From NCBI GenBank assembly GCA_029856155.1, contig JAHQWL010000055.1:64001-128000 (forward strand): a stretch of DNA of 64,000 nt. The letters run 5' to 3'. Under the pieces are notes generated by a model that was not told the DNA's origin, searched no databases, and saw only the letters and a list, made by a program, of their open reading frames with translations. Of this stretch, positions 29,847 through 39,394 are shown piece after piece (the stretch's first letter is position 1; each line of letters starts with the position of its first letter). This DNA comes from Promethearchaeia archaeon. GTDB taxonomy: Archaea; Asgardarchaeota; Lokiarchaeia; Sigyniarchaeales; SOKP01. Both the position numbers and the translations under genes were made by a program.

Positions 29847-32129
29847 ATGCAAAAATTCTCAACTAAATTAATTTTTATGCTTTTAATTAGCTCGCTTATT
29901 TTACCTTTCTTCCCTGTAAACACTAAAGCTGCCTCCGTTACAATACCTACATTAAAAATAGGATTGAAAAGCGGTGGAGTGGGAAGCTGGGACGGAATTA
30001 TAGCAACATCAGGATTCCATGCTTCTTATGGTCAAAATGCTCTTGAAGGGTTCGTGCAGATGCATCCTGGGTGGTCAGGTGATCCCGAAGATCTTCTCCC
30101 TGTGCTCGCAACGGAATTGGAGATTCATGAATGGCCAGAGGAACCTAATTCTTATGGCTGGATCAATAAAGGTGGTGTTAGGGCAATAGACTTAACTTTG
30201 CGAGAGGGTGTTACCTTCCATGATGGTTCCGCTTGGAACGCAACGGTGGCGAAATGGAATATTGATCGTAATATGGTGATGACTGGAAATATAACGGGTT
30301 CAATAACAATTTATGATATTGGAGTTACTAAGGCGAGAACTGCTTATTGGGTAAATGCCGAGGATTGGGTAGATTATGAAACTGCTACGTGGAATATATC
30401 CCAATTTATTGGAAAACCGGGTACATACGAGGGATTTGGATCTTCTACAGATGATGATATGATTGGGCGATATAGCAGAATTAAAAATGTGACCATACTC
30501 GAAAATCAAGAATTTGGAGGAAAAATTCGAATTTACTATAATGATTGGGGTGGTGCAGGCTCGCAGTTGCTATATGGTCTTGACTTTATGATGATTTCAA
30601 TGGACGCGTATAAAGACTATTTCGATCGACCAATTTATGGTTTGGGACAAGACCCTAACTTTCCACAACCATCGGGTCTTACAGGAGACCCGGACGATTA
30701 TCCTACTACCGGATTTCCTGGGCACTTGATTGGAACGGGACCTTATATATTTATCCAGCAAGATGAATTGATATTTCAAGGAGGTCGTATGATAAGAAAT
30801 CCAAATTGGTGGAATGCTACTGCTGCTGCTGCTGATGGTTGGCATCAAGTTGAAGAACTTGCTTTCGTTTACTTCTATTCTGACGATCTTACCGGAAGAA
30901 CTATAGGAATGGTTACTGAGACCATTGATATGGCTTATGATGCCCTATGGGCTGGAAATCTTATCTATGATGAAATGGAAGCTGATCCCGACATTAGATA
31001 TATGGATTTGGGTTATGAAGAAACTCGTACTTTTATAACATTGAATAGCATTAATGAAACATATTGGAAATATTGGGCAGATAATCCATCAAGAACTCCC
31101 TCAGAAATTAAGTCGAGGACTGAATTGCATGACATTGATTCGAGTGGAAGAGTCCATACTGACGGAATTGATAGGGCTCTTAGGAAAGCGTTAAGTTATG
31201 CATTTGATTATGATACTTTTATTAACGTCGTCAAACAAGGACGTGCAATACGATCTGCAGGTTTTCTTGGACATCAAAGTCCATATTACAATCCAAATAT
31301 ATCTATTCCTTACCGAAATCTTACAATCGCACGAAAAACGCTAATTAATGATCCTTTCTGGGGCCCAAAAGTGGCGGCTAGAAAGTTAGATATCAATAAC
31401 GCAACTGCTGATTGGATTTGGGTAGCGAACAATGATCCTATCTTTGAATTTAAGCTCATGTGGGAGGAGTCTACTGTACCCCAGGCGGACTTATTCTCGA
31501 CGAACATTAAAGAAATTGGGATTAAGTTGGACACTCCAGATGGGAAACGTGATAACGACTTAAAGTTACACCCAAATATCTTACAAGTAATGATTTTCCG
31601 TATTGAGGAATTCCCAGCGTTCACGTATCATGGAGTCCCTACTAACTGGCCTGATGACAGCAAGAACTCTGTACCAGTCCTTGAATATTATTATAAGAGT
31701 CCTGGACTTCCGTATGTCAACGGTTCGGGGCTAGCTTGGCCTGGTGTAGGTTATCTTGGGGGACAATTCTTTAACATAGGATTTCATTATAATGCAACCG
31801 TTGATAAATGGATAGAGAAACTTTGGTTTTCAGACAGCACTAGAACGCAAGCGCTAATGAATAATATGACCAGACACGTTCAAACCTATCACTACCCGGA
31901 GATCTTTATTTCTAATAACAAGTTCGGAATTGCAATGGATAAAGATTGGAAATTTGCTAACTTTCGGGATTATATCCATGCATTCGTAAAATATCTTCCT
32001 GCTAGTGGTGGTGATGGTGGTGTCCAAATCCCAGGGTTCGAAACTGCTCCTCTTTTAGCTATTGCTATTGTAACTATTACGGGAATCGGTTATTCGTTGA
32101 ATAGAAAGAGAAAACGAGCTGAAATTTAA
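29847..32129 (+). CDS. oppA: Family-5 (OppA/DppA) solute-binding protein with C-terminal IPGF anchor
   Basis: Signal peptide, LREGVTFHDGSAWNA, IGTGPY, LRKALSYAFDY, tail IPGFET-TM-RKRKR. Confidence 0.88.
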   Translation: MQKFSTKLIFMLLISSLILPFFPVNTKAASVTIPTLKIGLKSGGVGSWDGIIATSGFHASYGQNALEGFVQMHPGWSGDPEDLLPVLATELEIHEWPEEPNSYGWINKGGVRAIDLTLREGVTFHDGSAWNATVAKWNIDRNMVMTGNITGSITIYDIGVTKARTAYWVNAEDWVDYETATWNISQFIGKPGTYEGFGSSTDDDMIGRYSRIKNVTILENQEFGGKIRIYYNDWGGAGSQLLYGLDFMMISMDAYKDYFDRPIYGLGQDPNFPQPSGLTGDPDDYPTTGFPGHLIGTGPYIFIQQDELIFQGGRMIRNPNWWNATAAAADGWHQVEELAFVYFYSDDLTGRTIGMVTETIDMAYDALWAGNLIYDEMEADPDIRYMDLGYEETRTFITLNSINETYWKYWADNPSRTPSEIKSRTELHDIDSSGRVHTDGIDRALRKALSYAFDYDTFINVVKQGRAIRSAGFLGHQSPYYNPNISIPYRNLTIARKTLINDPFWGPKVAARKLDINNATADWIWVANNDPIFEFKLMWEESTVPQADLFSTNIKEIGIKLDTPDGKRDNDLKLHPNILQVMIFRIEEFPAFTYHGVPTNWPDDSKNSVPVLEYYYKSPGLPYVNGSGLAWPGVGYLGGQFFNIGFHYNATVDKWIEKLWFSDSTRTQALMNNMTRHVQTYHYPEIFISNNKFGIAMDKDWKFANFRDYIHAFVKYLPASGGDGGVQIPGFETAPLLAIAIVTITGIGYSLNRKRKRAEI

Positions 32130-32139
32130 AAGATATACA

Positions 32140-32151
32140 TTTTTTTTTTTT
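32140..32151 (+). terminator. T12 tract after oppA
   Basis: Oligo-T run 10 nt after the stop codon. Confidence 0.45.
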
Positions 32152-32382
32152 AATTTTTTATTATATATTTTTCTCGAATTATTTAGAAGAGAGATGAATA
32201 AGAATGGTTTCTCTTGAAATTTATTTTTAATTTATAAAATAATTATTTGAAGTACTACCCAAGTATCCCTATTACTACTCCCATTACTAGTTTAGTCATC
32301 CTCAGCAAACCTCATTAAAAAAAAAGTAACCACGTAAACTCTAAGTAATTATTTTAATTATTAGAATAGTTAATAAAGAACG

Positions 32383-32838
32383 ATGAACATGAACGAAAAA
32401 ACATATATTATTGCAGATAAGAAATATCATATAATTAAAATAGGAAGATCTAAGAATCCAGACAAACGCTTGAAAACAATTCAAATAAACGGTAGTACAG
32501 AATTGGAAATCATTTGTGTTTTTGAGAAAGATATTGAAAGAGAGATAAAGGAGTTGTTGAAAAAATATAAAGTTCGAGGAGAATGGTACTTTCCTAACCC
32601 AAAGACACTGCTAGAAATCCAAGAAAATTATCTTCCTAATAATCAAGAAATAGCTTCATTAATTGATAATTTATTTGGAAAAATAGAACTGAGTGATCAA
32701 CCTATTTGCTTTTGCTGGGTAGACGATAAAGAAAGTAGATGTCAATTCAAACAACATAAAGGTTCGATTATAACTTGTGAGTCTTACGAAATTTGGAGAT
32801 CTTGTGTAAGAAAAGAAGAAATAAATTTCGGTGATTAG
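32383..32838 (+). CDS. GIY-YIG superfamily nuclease (T5orf172/Mug113-like) with Cys-rich C-terminal extension
   Basis: TYII...IKIGRSKNPDKRLKTIQ...IEREI...VRGEWY. Confidence 0.75.
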   Translation: MNMNEKTYIIADKKYHIIKIGRSKNPDKRLKTIQINGSTELEIICVFEKDIEREIKELLKKYKVRGEWYFPNPKTLLEIQENYLPNNQEIASLIDNLFGKIELSDQPICFCWVDDKESRCQFKQHKGSIITCESYEIWRSCVRKEEINFGD

Positions 32839-32891
32839 TGATTTTTAAGAAAAAAGTTAAATAAAAAAAAAAGAGATTTTCTAAATTTTAA

Positions 32892-34160
32892 TTATTTCTT
32901 TCTCTTCATTCGTATTATTATAGCAGCGGTCAATGCAGTGAAAATGCCCATAACAACAAGAGGTTCATAACCAGGGATTGGTGGTGGCGGTGATGGTTCT
33001 GGTGCTTCTCCAACAGTCATGATAACTTCATCATAAACAACATGTCCGCGTTGATCTGTAAAGCCGACTCGAAAGAGGTGATCTCCTGCAGCTAAACCAT
33101 CTGGAACGGCATAACTAACTTCTACTCCGCTTGTCCAAGCAGTTGGAGTTAGTACTCCGGTTCCATTCCGGGTAATCCCATATTGATAAGGATTTGCATC
33201 TGTTGCTGTCCATTCTATTGTTACTCCTGTGTAATCATGGTCGACTGCAAAATCAGCTGGAGTTGCAGTTAATACGGGATCAGCTGAATCCTCTAGCGTT
33301 ACATCGTAGAGTATAGTACTACCATACTCGAATGAGTGGTATGTCAATACACCATCCGACCCGTAGGTAGTATTTATAGTTATGGCAAGTGAATTATTTC
33401 CAAATCCCATGGCAGGTGAAAACATTGAAAACCCGTTAGGTAATTCGGAAAATGAGAGAGAATAACTATAATTAGCTGATATTGCATAATATAATTCTAA
33501 CATTGTATCAGATAATGATACGAATTCCGTCCAGTTCACATTTGTTGGTGCAAAGAAGATTGAGTTTGCGTTAAAAGTACCCCACATACCCAAATACCAT
33601 ATGTTAGTGGCCCACCACAAATTAGTACATAAAAGACCATACGACATATCTTCCGCAAATCCTGCTGTCTCGTTATTGATAGCAAAGGTCCTAGGCGTTT
33701 CCCAATATCTGTAATAAAGATAATCTGGAAAATTCATGACAGTATAACTGTCATTTATACTCATCTGAACAAGTGAGTTACCAGGATAATCCCAAGCTTC
33801 AAATGGATCTGACATATTCACTCCTTCATCAAAATTCGTATCGTAACCATCTTTGTCTGAGAAAATTGATGCAATGTCCATACGTATAGTATACTGTGGT
33901 GCAGTAGGAGTCTTATCGGTCGATCCAAGTATCGTAGTAAAATTATCTATCCAGCTATGACCAAAGGGTTCCCCCCAGTGAGGGGTCATATTATCAGTGA
34001 ACCATTGGTCCCATTGTAAATATATATTTACATCGAATTCGTAAACATCCCCCTCTGACACACCAACATAGGGAGTAGGTTGAGCTATCGAAGGTCTCAT
34101 GAATGGAAGAAGTAATAACAATCCTACGAGTGAAATCGTTACTATTTTAGTTTTTTTCAT
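32892..34160 (-). CDS. Exported surface protein with Ig-like C-terminal domain and IPGY-TM-basic anchor
   Basis: Signal peptide, many N-x-S/T sequons, beta-rich terminal domain, PEPSPPPP linker, IPGYEP-TM-RMKRKK. Confidence 0.8.
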   Translation of the reverse strand: MKKTKIVTISLVGLLLLLPFMRPSIAQPTPYVGVSEGDVYEFDVNIYLQWDQWFTDNMTPHWGEPFGHSWIDNFTTILGSTDKTPTAPQYTIRMDIASIFSDKDGYDTNFDEGVNMSDPFEAWDYPGNSLVQMSINDSYTVMNFPDYLYYRYWETPRTFAINNETAGFAEDMSYGLLCTNLWWATNIWYLGMWGTFNANSIFFAPTNVNWTEFVSLSDTMLELYYAISANYSYSLSFSELPNGFSMFSPAMGFGNNSLAITINTTYGSDGVLTYHSFEYGSTILYDVTLEDSADPVLTATPADFAVDHDYTGVTIEWTATDANPYQYGITRNGTGVLTPTAWTSGVEVSYAVPDGLAAGDHLFRVGFTDQRGHVVYDEVIMTVGEAPEPSPPPPIPGYEPLVVMGIFTALTAAIIIRMKRKK

Positions 34161-34231
34161 ATTCCTTTATCACTTTTTTTATTTAATAGTTTTTATTAGA
34201 TGTGTTTTAATATTATTTATCCGCATTATAT

Positions 34232-34254
34232 ATAAATGTACCACATACATTTAT
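34232..34254. promoter_or_regulatory. Perfect 9-bp inverted repeat ATAAATGTA-N5-TACATTTAT, candidate operator
   Basis: About 70 nt upstream of the surface-protein start at 34160. Confidence 0.45.
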
Positions 34255-34343
34255 GCCAGCCACATTTATCAAAAATTTATCCATTAATTTAAAAGCAATT
34301 GATTCAAGGATATTATGTTAAATTATAAAATTATTCATCTCAA

Positions 34344-34445
34344 CTAACGTCCCAACAATTTATAGAATCGTGTGTTCTCCTCATACGTCATCTTTATAAG
34401 AAAGGGTACACCTAATTCTGTATGTGGAAAATCAACAATCTCAGG
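34344..34445 (-). pseudogene. 3' relic of a paralog of 35662..36261
   Basis: Translates PEIVDFPHTELGVPFLIKMTYEENTRFYKLLGR*, versus PELKDFPQTEYGVPILTKMTDEEKARFYKLLQL* in the intact gene; in-frame TAA immediately upstream. Confidence 0.8.
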
Positions 34446-34563
34446 TTATAATTTTCCTATATAATTCTCTATTTGTTGTCAAAAAAATATTTTCAAAAAG
34501 TCTGATTATATTCGCAACAATCCCAGAACTCAAATAAAACTCCATTTTATTAACGGATTTTCT

Positions 34564-35463
34564 TTAAAAATCTGGACTTTCATATTCTGGGTTAGGATAT
34601 TTATAAAAACCTTGACCCGTCTTTATTCCGAGATGCCCTTTATCTACGAAATTAGTTTTAAGATACTCATATATTGCTTGTGCTTGTTTATCCCCGGATT
34701 TTATGGCATGTCGTTCTCGTAACTCTAAACCTACATCTAAGCCAATGCTATCCATAATCCCGAAAATTCCAATTCCCATATTCATCGTTTTCATCCAAGA
34801 TTTATCTACTTGCTGAGGAGTAGCGATTCCGTTTACTACTAATTCAAGTGCTTTATTTATCAATGCTAACAATAATGAATTGGTGATATATCCTGGATGC
34901 TCTTTGTCAAGAACGATCGGTGTTAATCCAATTCTTCTGCTAAATTCAATTATAACATCAATTACTTCTTTTGCTGTACCAGGATGTCCCATAATATCTG
35001 CAGTTTTAGTAATAAATATAGGGTTATTGGTGTGTAGTGCTAAAAACCTTTCAGGACGTCCTGTGCTTTTAGCTAACCATGAAGGTAAAAGCATGGATGT
35101 GTTTGTAGTGAATATTGTGTGTTTTGGGCACAATTTGTTAAATTTCTCAAATACTTCTCTCTTTAAAGAAACGATTTCCGGAACAGACTCAGAAAGTAAA
35201 TCAACATCTTTTGCTGCATCTGCGGGATCGTTGGTTGTATATATCCTCTTCAGCATTTGATCTGCTTCTTCCCTGCTAATTACTTCTTTGGCTACAATCA
35301 AATTCGTTCGCTTTTGAATATCATCCCACACTATATCGTTCTTCGCTGGATTTCTTATAAAAATTCTCACATCGTATCCATGCATGGCTGATTGCATACC
35401 CATTTGGACACCCATAGTCCCTGATCCTAGAATTATAATGCGCTTTATATTTTCGATTTTCAA
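34564..35463 (-). CDS. 3-hydroxyacyl-CoA dehydrogenase
   Basis: GSGTMG Rossmann motif, ESVPE, TNTS, ALH, PGYITN, GIKTGQGFYKY; TTG start. Confidence 0.92.
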   Translation of the reverse strand: MKIENIKRIIILGSGTMGVQMGMQSAMHGYDVRIFIRNPAKNDIVWDDIQKRTNLIVAKEVISREEADQMLKRIYTTNDPADAAKDVDLLSESVPEIVSLKREVFEKFNKLCPKHTIFTTNTSMLLPSWLAKSTGRPERFLALHTNNPIFITKTADIMGHPGTAKEVIDVIIEFSRRIGLTPIVLDKEHPGYITNSLLLALINKALELVVNGIATPQQVDKSWMKTMNMGIGIFGIMDSIGLDVGLELRERHAIKSGDKQAQAIYEYLKTNFVDKGHLGIKTGQGFYKYPNPEYESPDF

Positions 35464-35661
35464 AATTTTCAGTCGATTTTATTCTTGATTATGCTTTATA
35501 GAAATTAAGTCCTAAATCCGTAATAAAATTCTGTATTAGATACTTTTTACCTATGGATCTACAATTTTTCTTACCATTCCTATTACATAAACCTTAAGTT
35601 TTCAAGGAATTATTAAATTTATTAGAGAGTCTAATAGACTAGTAAAAAAACTCTTCTTCAG

Positions 35662-36261
35662 TTATAACTGTAACAATTTATAAAATCGTGCTTTTTCTTC
35701 ATCTGTCATCTTAGTAAGAATCGGTACACCATATTCAGTTTGGGGAAAATCCTTAAGCTCTGGTGAATGTCTCAGTCGTCTAGCGGTAATATTATGAAGA
35801 CCTTCTCCACCAATCCCCATGAGTGCTTCTCCAATAACAGGAGGAAATAATGGTTTGCTCTTGAAAATACTTGTGTTATTACGTATTCCTACTATTTCTA
35901 ATTCTTCAAACAACTTTCTTTCATCATTCATTCGCTTTTCTTGGCCCTTAAGGTCGTAGATGAAGGAGGAGGCATGTGCTATTAATGCCCACTCAATAGC
36001 AACATGAAATCCAGGAAGTTCTAGGCATTCTTTCGATAATGATGCTCCTCCACTGACTTTTCTGTCGTGGATCATAAAGTGCCAACCTACTCTATCTCGT
36101 CCAGCTAAAAGACGTTTTGGTATATGTGTATATTCTTCACTGAATCCCCATTCAAATTTACTAAGATCTAACTTAGCTTGCTTGATGAGATTCACACCTG
36201 TTTTAGCAGCAAACTCACACCACTCTAAAGAACCGAACTCCCACTTTTCAAGTTCATTCAC
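35662..36261 (-). CDS. Hypothetical protein
   Basis: 199-aa ORF preceded by a GAGGAG site; its C-terminus is conserved in the relic at 34344..34445. Confidence 0.75.
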   Translation of the reverse strand: MNELEKWEFGSLEWCEFAAKTGVNLIKQAKLDLSKFEWGFSEEYTHIPKRLLAGRDRVGWHFMIHDRKVSGGASLSKECLELPGFHVAIEWALIAHASSFIYDLKGQEKRMNDERKLFEELEIVGIRNNTSIFKSKPLFPPVIGEALMGIGGEGLHNITARRLRHSPELKDFPQTEYGVPILTKMTDEEKARFYKLLQL

Positions 36262-36436
36262 ATTTTATCTCCTCTTGATGGTTAAATCTTTTATTTGTTC
36301 TAATATTTCAGTATTGGTTTATTTAAAATAAAAATTTTAGGTTTCTATTGTAATAATACTAATATAATTCACAAATTTTTTCAAATATGATTAATAATCA
36401 TTAATAACGGGATATTTTTAAAAATCGGTTCAAAAA

Positions 36437-37303
36437 ATGAAATTAAGGGATTATCATACACACAACAGACGATGTGGACATGCGTTAGGTGAAATTGAGG
36501 ATTACATAAAAGCTGCGATTGATAAGGATCTTAAAGAAATAGGGATTTCAGATCATTTTCCATTAGGAGCGGTAATTGATGACCCACAATTAGCAGAATT
36601 CATTAAAAAAGCGTCAATGGAAGTTGAGGAATTCCCTAGGTATATTAAAGAAATAAAAGGACTGAAAGAAAAATATAAGGATAAAATAAGCATTCGAATA
36701 TCCACAGAAGTTAATTTTTACACTCCTGGAAGAGCTTTATCTCGGCAAAAGGAGGTTCTTAAACCTTTTATGGATGATATGGATTATATAATTGGGGCGA
36801 TACATGATATAAAATGGCATGAGTCTCCTGTAATCGTCATGTATCCCAATGAGGAAATTCTAAGAGAGTATGGTGGAGACAAAATTATATTAGAATATTT
36901 TAACAAGTTGATAAAACTGGTAGATTCTAATTTTTTTGATGTAATTGCTCATTTTGATTTTTATCGTATTTTATTCCGTCCAAATAATCCCGAATATTCA
37001 CAGTATTTATGGCAAAAGCTCTTGGATCTATTAGACAAGATTAAAAGTCGAGGATTGGCTATTGAGATTAATACGTCGGGATTTCTTAAAAAACTTGGAA
37101 GTCAACATCCAGATGATGAAATTATTAAAGAAATAATTCAACGTAATATTCCTCTAGTGTTAGGTTCTGATGCTCATAGACCAAAATATGTTGGATACAT
37201 GTTTCAAGAAACTATAGAAAAGTTAAGAAAATTGGGTTTATCTCATTTATGTATATATGAAAAACGTGAGCAAAAATTAGAAAAAATTTTATATCTCTTT
37301 TAA
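36437..37303 (+). CDS. PHP-family histidinol-phosphatase-like protein (HisJ/HisK family)
   Basis: DYHTH..CGHA, GISDH, IAHFD, IEINTSG, LGSDAH. Confidence 0.88.
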   Translation: MKLRDYHTHNRRCGHALGEIEDYIKAAIDKDLKEIGISDHFPLGAVIDDPQLAEFIKKASMEVEEFPRYIKEIKGLKEKYKDKISIRISTEVNFYTPGRALSRQKEVLKPFMDDMDYIIGAIHDIKWHESPVIVMYPNEEILREYGGDKIILEYFNKLIKLVDSNFFDVIAHFDFYRILFRPNNPEYSQYLWQKLLDLLDKIKSRGLAIEINTSGFLKKLGSQHPDDEIIKEIIQRNIPLVLGSDAHRPKYVGYMFQETIEKLRKLGLSHLCIYEKREQKLEKILYLF

Positions 37304-37386
37304 GAAAAGAAAATATTTTGATGTTATAAAATAATAGTCGTTACAACCGAATTCTCAATACAAAGTTTAATTATCTTTAAGCAATT

Positions 37387-37458
37387 GAAAATGAATCATA
37401 AATTTAAAATTGAAATATATCTTTCAATTACATAAGTTAAATATACATATATAATTTA
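37387..37458 (+). promoter_or_regulatory. 72-bp upstream module, copy 2; contains the palindrome AATTGAAA-N6-TTTCAATT (37408..37429)
   Basis: 64/72 identical to 15531..15602. Confidence 0.75.
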
Positions 37459-37483
37459 AAAAGTAAGTAAAAAAAAGGAGATT

Positions 37484-38401
37484 TTGTTGGAATTTGGAGC
37501 GCAAATATTAAATTATTTTAACACATGGGAAGAAATCCTTCCGACGATTAAGCATATAGATGCAGGACCGTGGAGTAGCCTGATGTTCTCAGATCATTTT
37601 CTACCACCCTATCCTGGAGCAAATCTGGAAGCTGAATCTGCTTTAGAGAGCTGGACCATGCTCACGGCGACCGCTGCTGTTACAGAACGAGTGAGATTAG
37701 CGGTGCTTGTAACAGGCAATTTATTTCGTAATCCGGCATTACTTGCTAAAATGGCTTCCACTATAGACCAAATCTCTAAAGGTCGGCTTATCCTAGCTAT
37801 TGGTGCTGGTTGGTATGAACGAGAGCATGAGGCATTCGGTTGGAACTTTCCAGGAGTTAAGGAGAGGTGTGATCGTCTTGAAGAGGCAGTAGAGCTGATA
37901 AAAATGCTGTTTACTGCTGATGGGCCAATAGATTACAATGGTCAGTATTATAAGCTTAATCAAGCATATTTTTCGCCTCCCTGTATACAGAAGCCACATA
38001 TTCCAATCATGGTTGGAGGAAATGGAGAAAAAAGGACATTACGTACACTCGCTCGTTTCGGTGATATTGCTAATATTGATCTTAATAAACCTGGAACTCC
38101 AGAATTGTTTAGACATAAACTGGATGTGATTGAACGACATTGTGAAGAACTTGGTCGTGATCCATCTGAAATTAAAAAAACTATGGTGACTCCATTACGA
38201 ATTTTTGACGATGAAAAAGAAGCTGCCCAGTATCTTGAAAAACGTGGAAGAAAAACATGGTTATACGGTACAGTTCCATATATAATTGAACGAGTTCAGC
38301 AATATATCGATGCTGGTGCCGAGGAGATCATATTTAGTGGTCTATCCACCGTTGAATGGGCTGAGCAAGTAGAAGACAAGATTTTTCCAGCGTTTAGCTG
38401 A
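37484..38401 (+). CDS. LLM-class (probably F420-dependent) oxidoreductase, copy 1
   Basis: SDHF, RNPALLAKMASTIDQISKGRLILAIGAGW, IMVGGNGEKRTL. Start is probably the TTG at 37487, by comparison with the paralog. Confidence 0.9.
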   Translation: MLEFGAQILNYFNTWEEILPTIKHIDAGPWSSLMFSDHFLPPYPGANLEAESALESWTMLTATAAVTERVRLAVLVTGNLFRNPALLAKMASTIDQISKGRLILAIGAGWYEREHEAFGWNFPGVKERCDRLEEAVELIKMLFTADGPIDYNGQYYKLNQAYFSPPCIQKPHIPIMVGGNGEKRTLRTLARFGDIANIDLNKPGTPELFRHKLDVIERHCEELGRDPSEIKKTMVTPLRIFDDEKEAAQYLEKRGRKTWLYGTVPYIIERVQQYIDAGAEEIIFSGLSTVEWAEQVEDKIFPAFS

Positions 38402-38469
38402 GATTTTTTTATTTTTAAAAATAAGTTCCGTGTAGTATCTTCAAATGACCAGAAAACAAATATTGAGAA

Positions 38470-39375
38470 ATGAAAGGATTAATTTATGACATTCAAAGGT
38501 TTGCCATTCATGATGGTCCAGGAATTAGGACCTTAATTTACATGAAAGGATGCCCCCTTAGATGTTTATGGTGTTCTTCACCTCACACGCAAAAAAAGTC
38601 TCCAGAAATTCTCTATCTTGAGTCAAATTGTAAAGGATGCTTGAGCTGTGTTGAGGCGTGTCCAGAAAAAGCCATTAAACTTTCTGATAATGAGAAAATA
38701 ACGATAGATAGAAACATTTGTAATACCTGTGGTCAGTGTGTTGAAACATGCCCTAACGACGCTTTAAGACTTGTAGGAAAACAAATAACGGTAGAAGAAC
38801 TATTCCAAGATGTAATGAAGGACAATCCCTTTTACAGAAGGTCAAAAGGAGGGGTCACGGTAGGGGGCGGTGAACCTACTATGCAACATGAATTTGTCGC
38901 GAATTTTCTTAAGAAATGTAAGGAAACGTATATTCACGCAGCAATCGAAACCTGCGGATATGCAAAATGGGAAAGTTTGGAAAATATCCTCGATTATGTA
39001 GATCTCCTCTATTTTGACATTAAGCACATGGATTCAAACATCCACAAAAAAATTACGGGGATTTCAAACGAAATAATCTTAGAGAATGCAAGAAAAGCTT
39101 CTAAATTGAAACCACTTATAATCCGCATTCCTCTAATACCGGATATTAACGATTCTGAAGAAAATATTTTAAAAACGGCAGGGTTCGCTGCCGAATTAGG
39201 AGAAAATCTACTGTGGATTGAACTTCTACCTTACCACAAGTTTGGAATTGTTACTTATGAGCAACTTGGTCGAGAGTATGAACTCAAGGATGTTGAACCT
39301 CCGAGCGAAGAACACATGAAAAAATTAAAGGCGCTCGTTGAGTCCTGTGGTGTAAAGGCTCAAATAGGTGGATAA
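38470..39375 (+). CDS. Glycyl-radical enzyme activating protein (radical SAM with ferredoxin insert)
   Basis: IQRFAIHDGPGIRT, GCPLRCLWC (CxxxCxxC), two CxxCxxCxxxC, GGVTVGGGEP, LLPYH. Confidence 0.95.
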   Translation: MKGLIYDIQRFAIHDGPGIRTLIYMKGCPLRCLWCSSPHTQKKSPEILYLESNCKGCLSCVEACPEKAIKLSDNEKITIDRNICNTCGQCVETCPNDALRLVGKQITVEELFQDVMKDNPFYRRSKGGVTVGGGEPTMQHEFVANFLKKCKETYIHAAIETCGYAKWESLENILDYVDLLYFDIKHMDSNIHKKITGISNEIILENARKASKLKPLIIRIPLIPDINDSEENILKTAGFAAELGENLLWIELLPYHKFGIVTYEQLGREYELKDVEPPSEEHMKKLKALVESCGVKAQIGG

Positions 39376-39394
39376 TACCTCTTAAAAAATCCAT

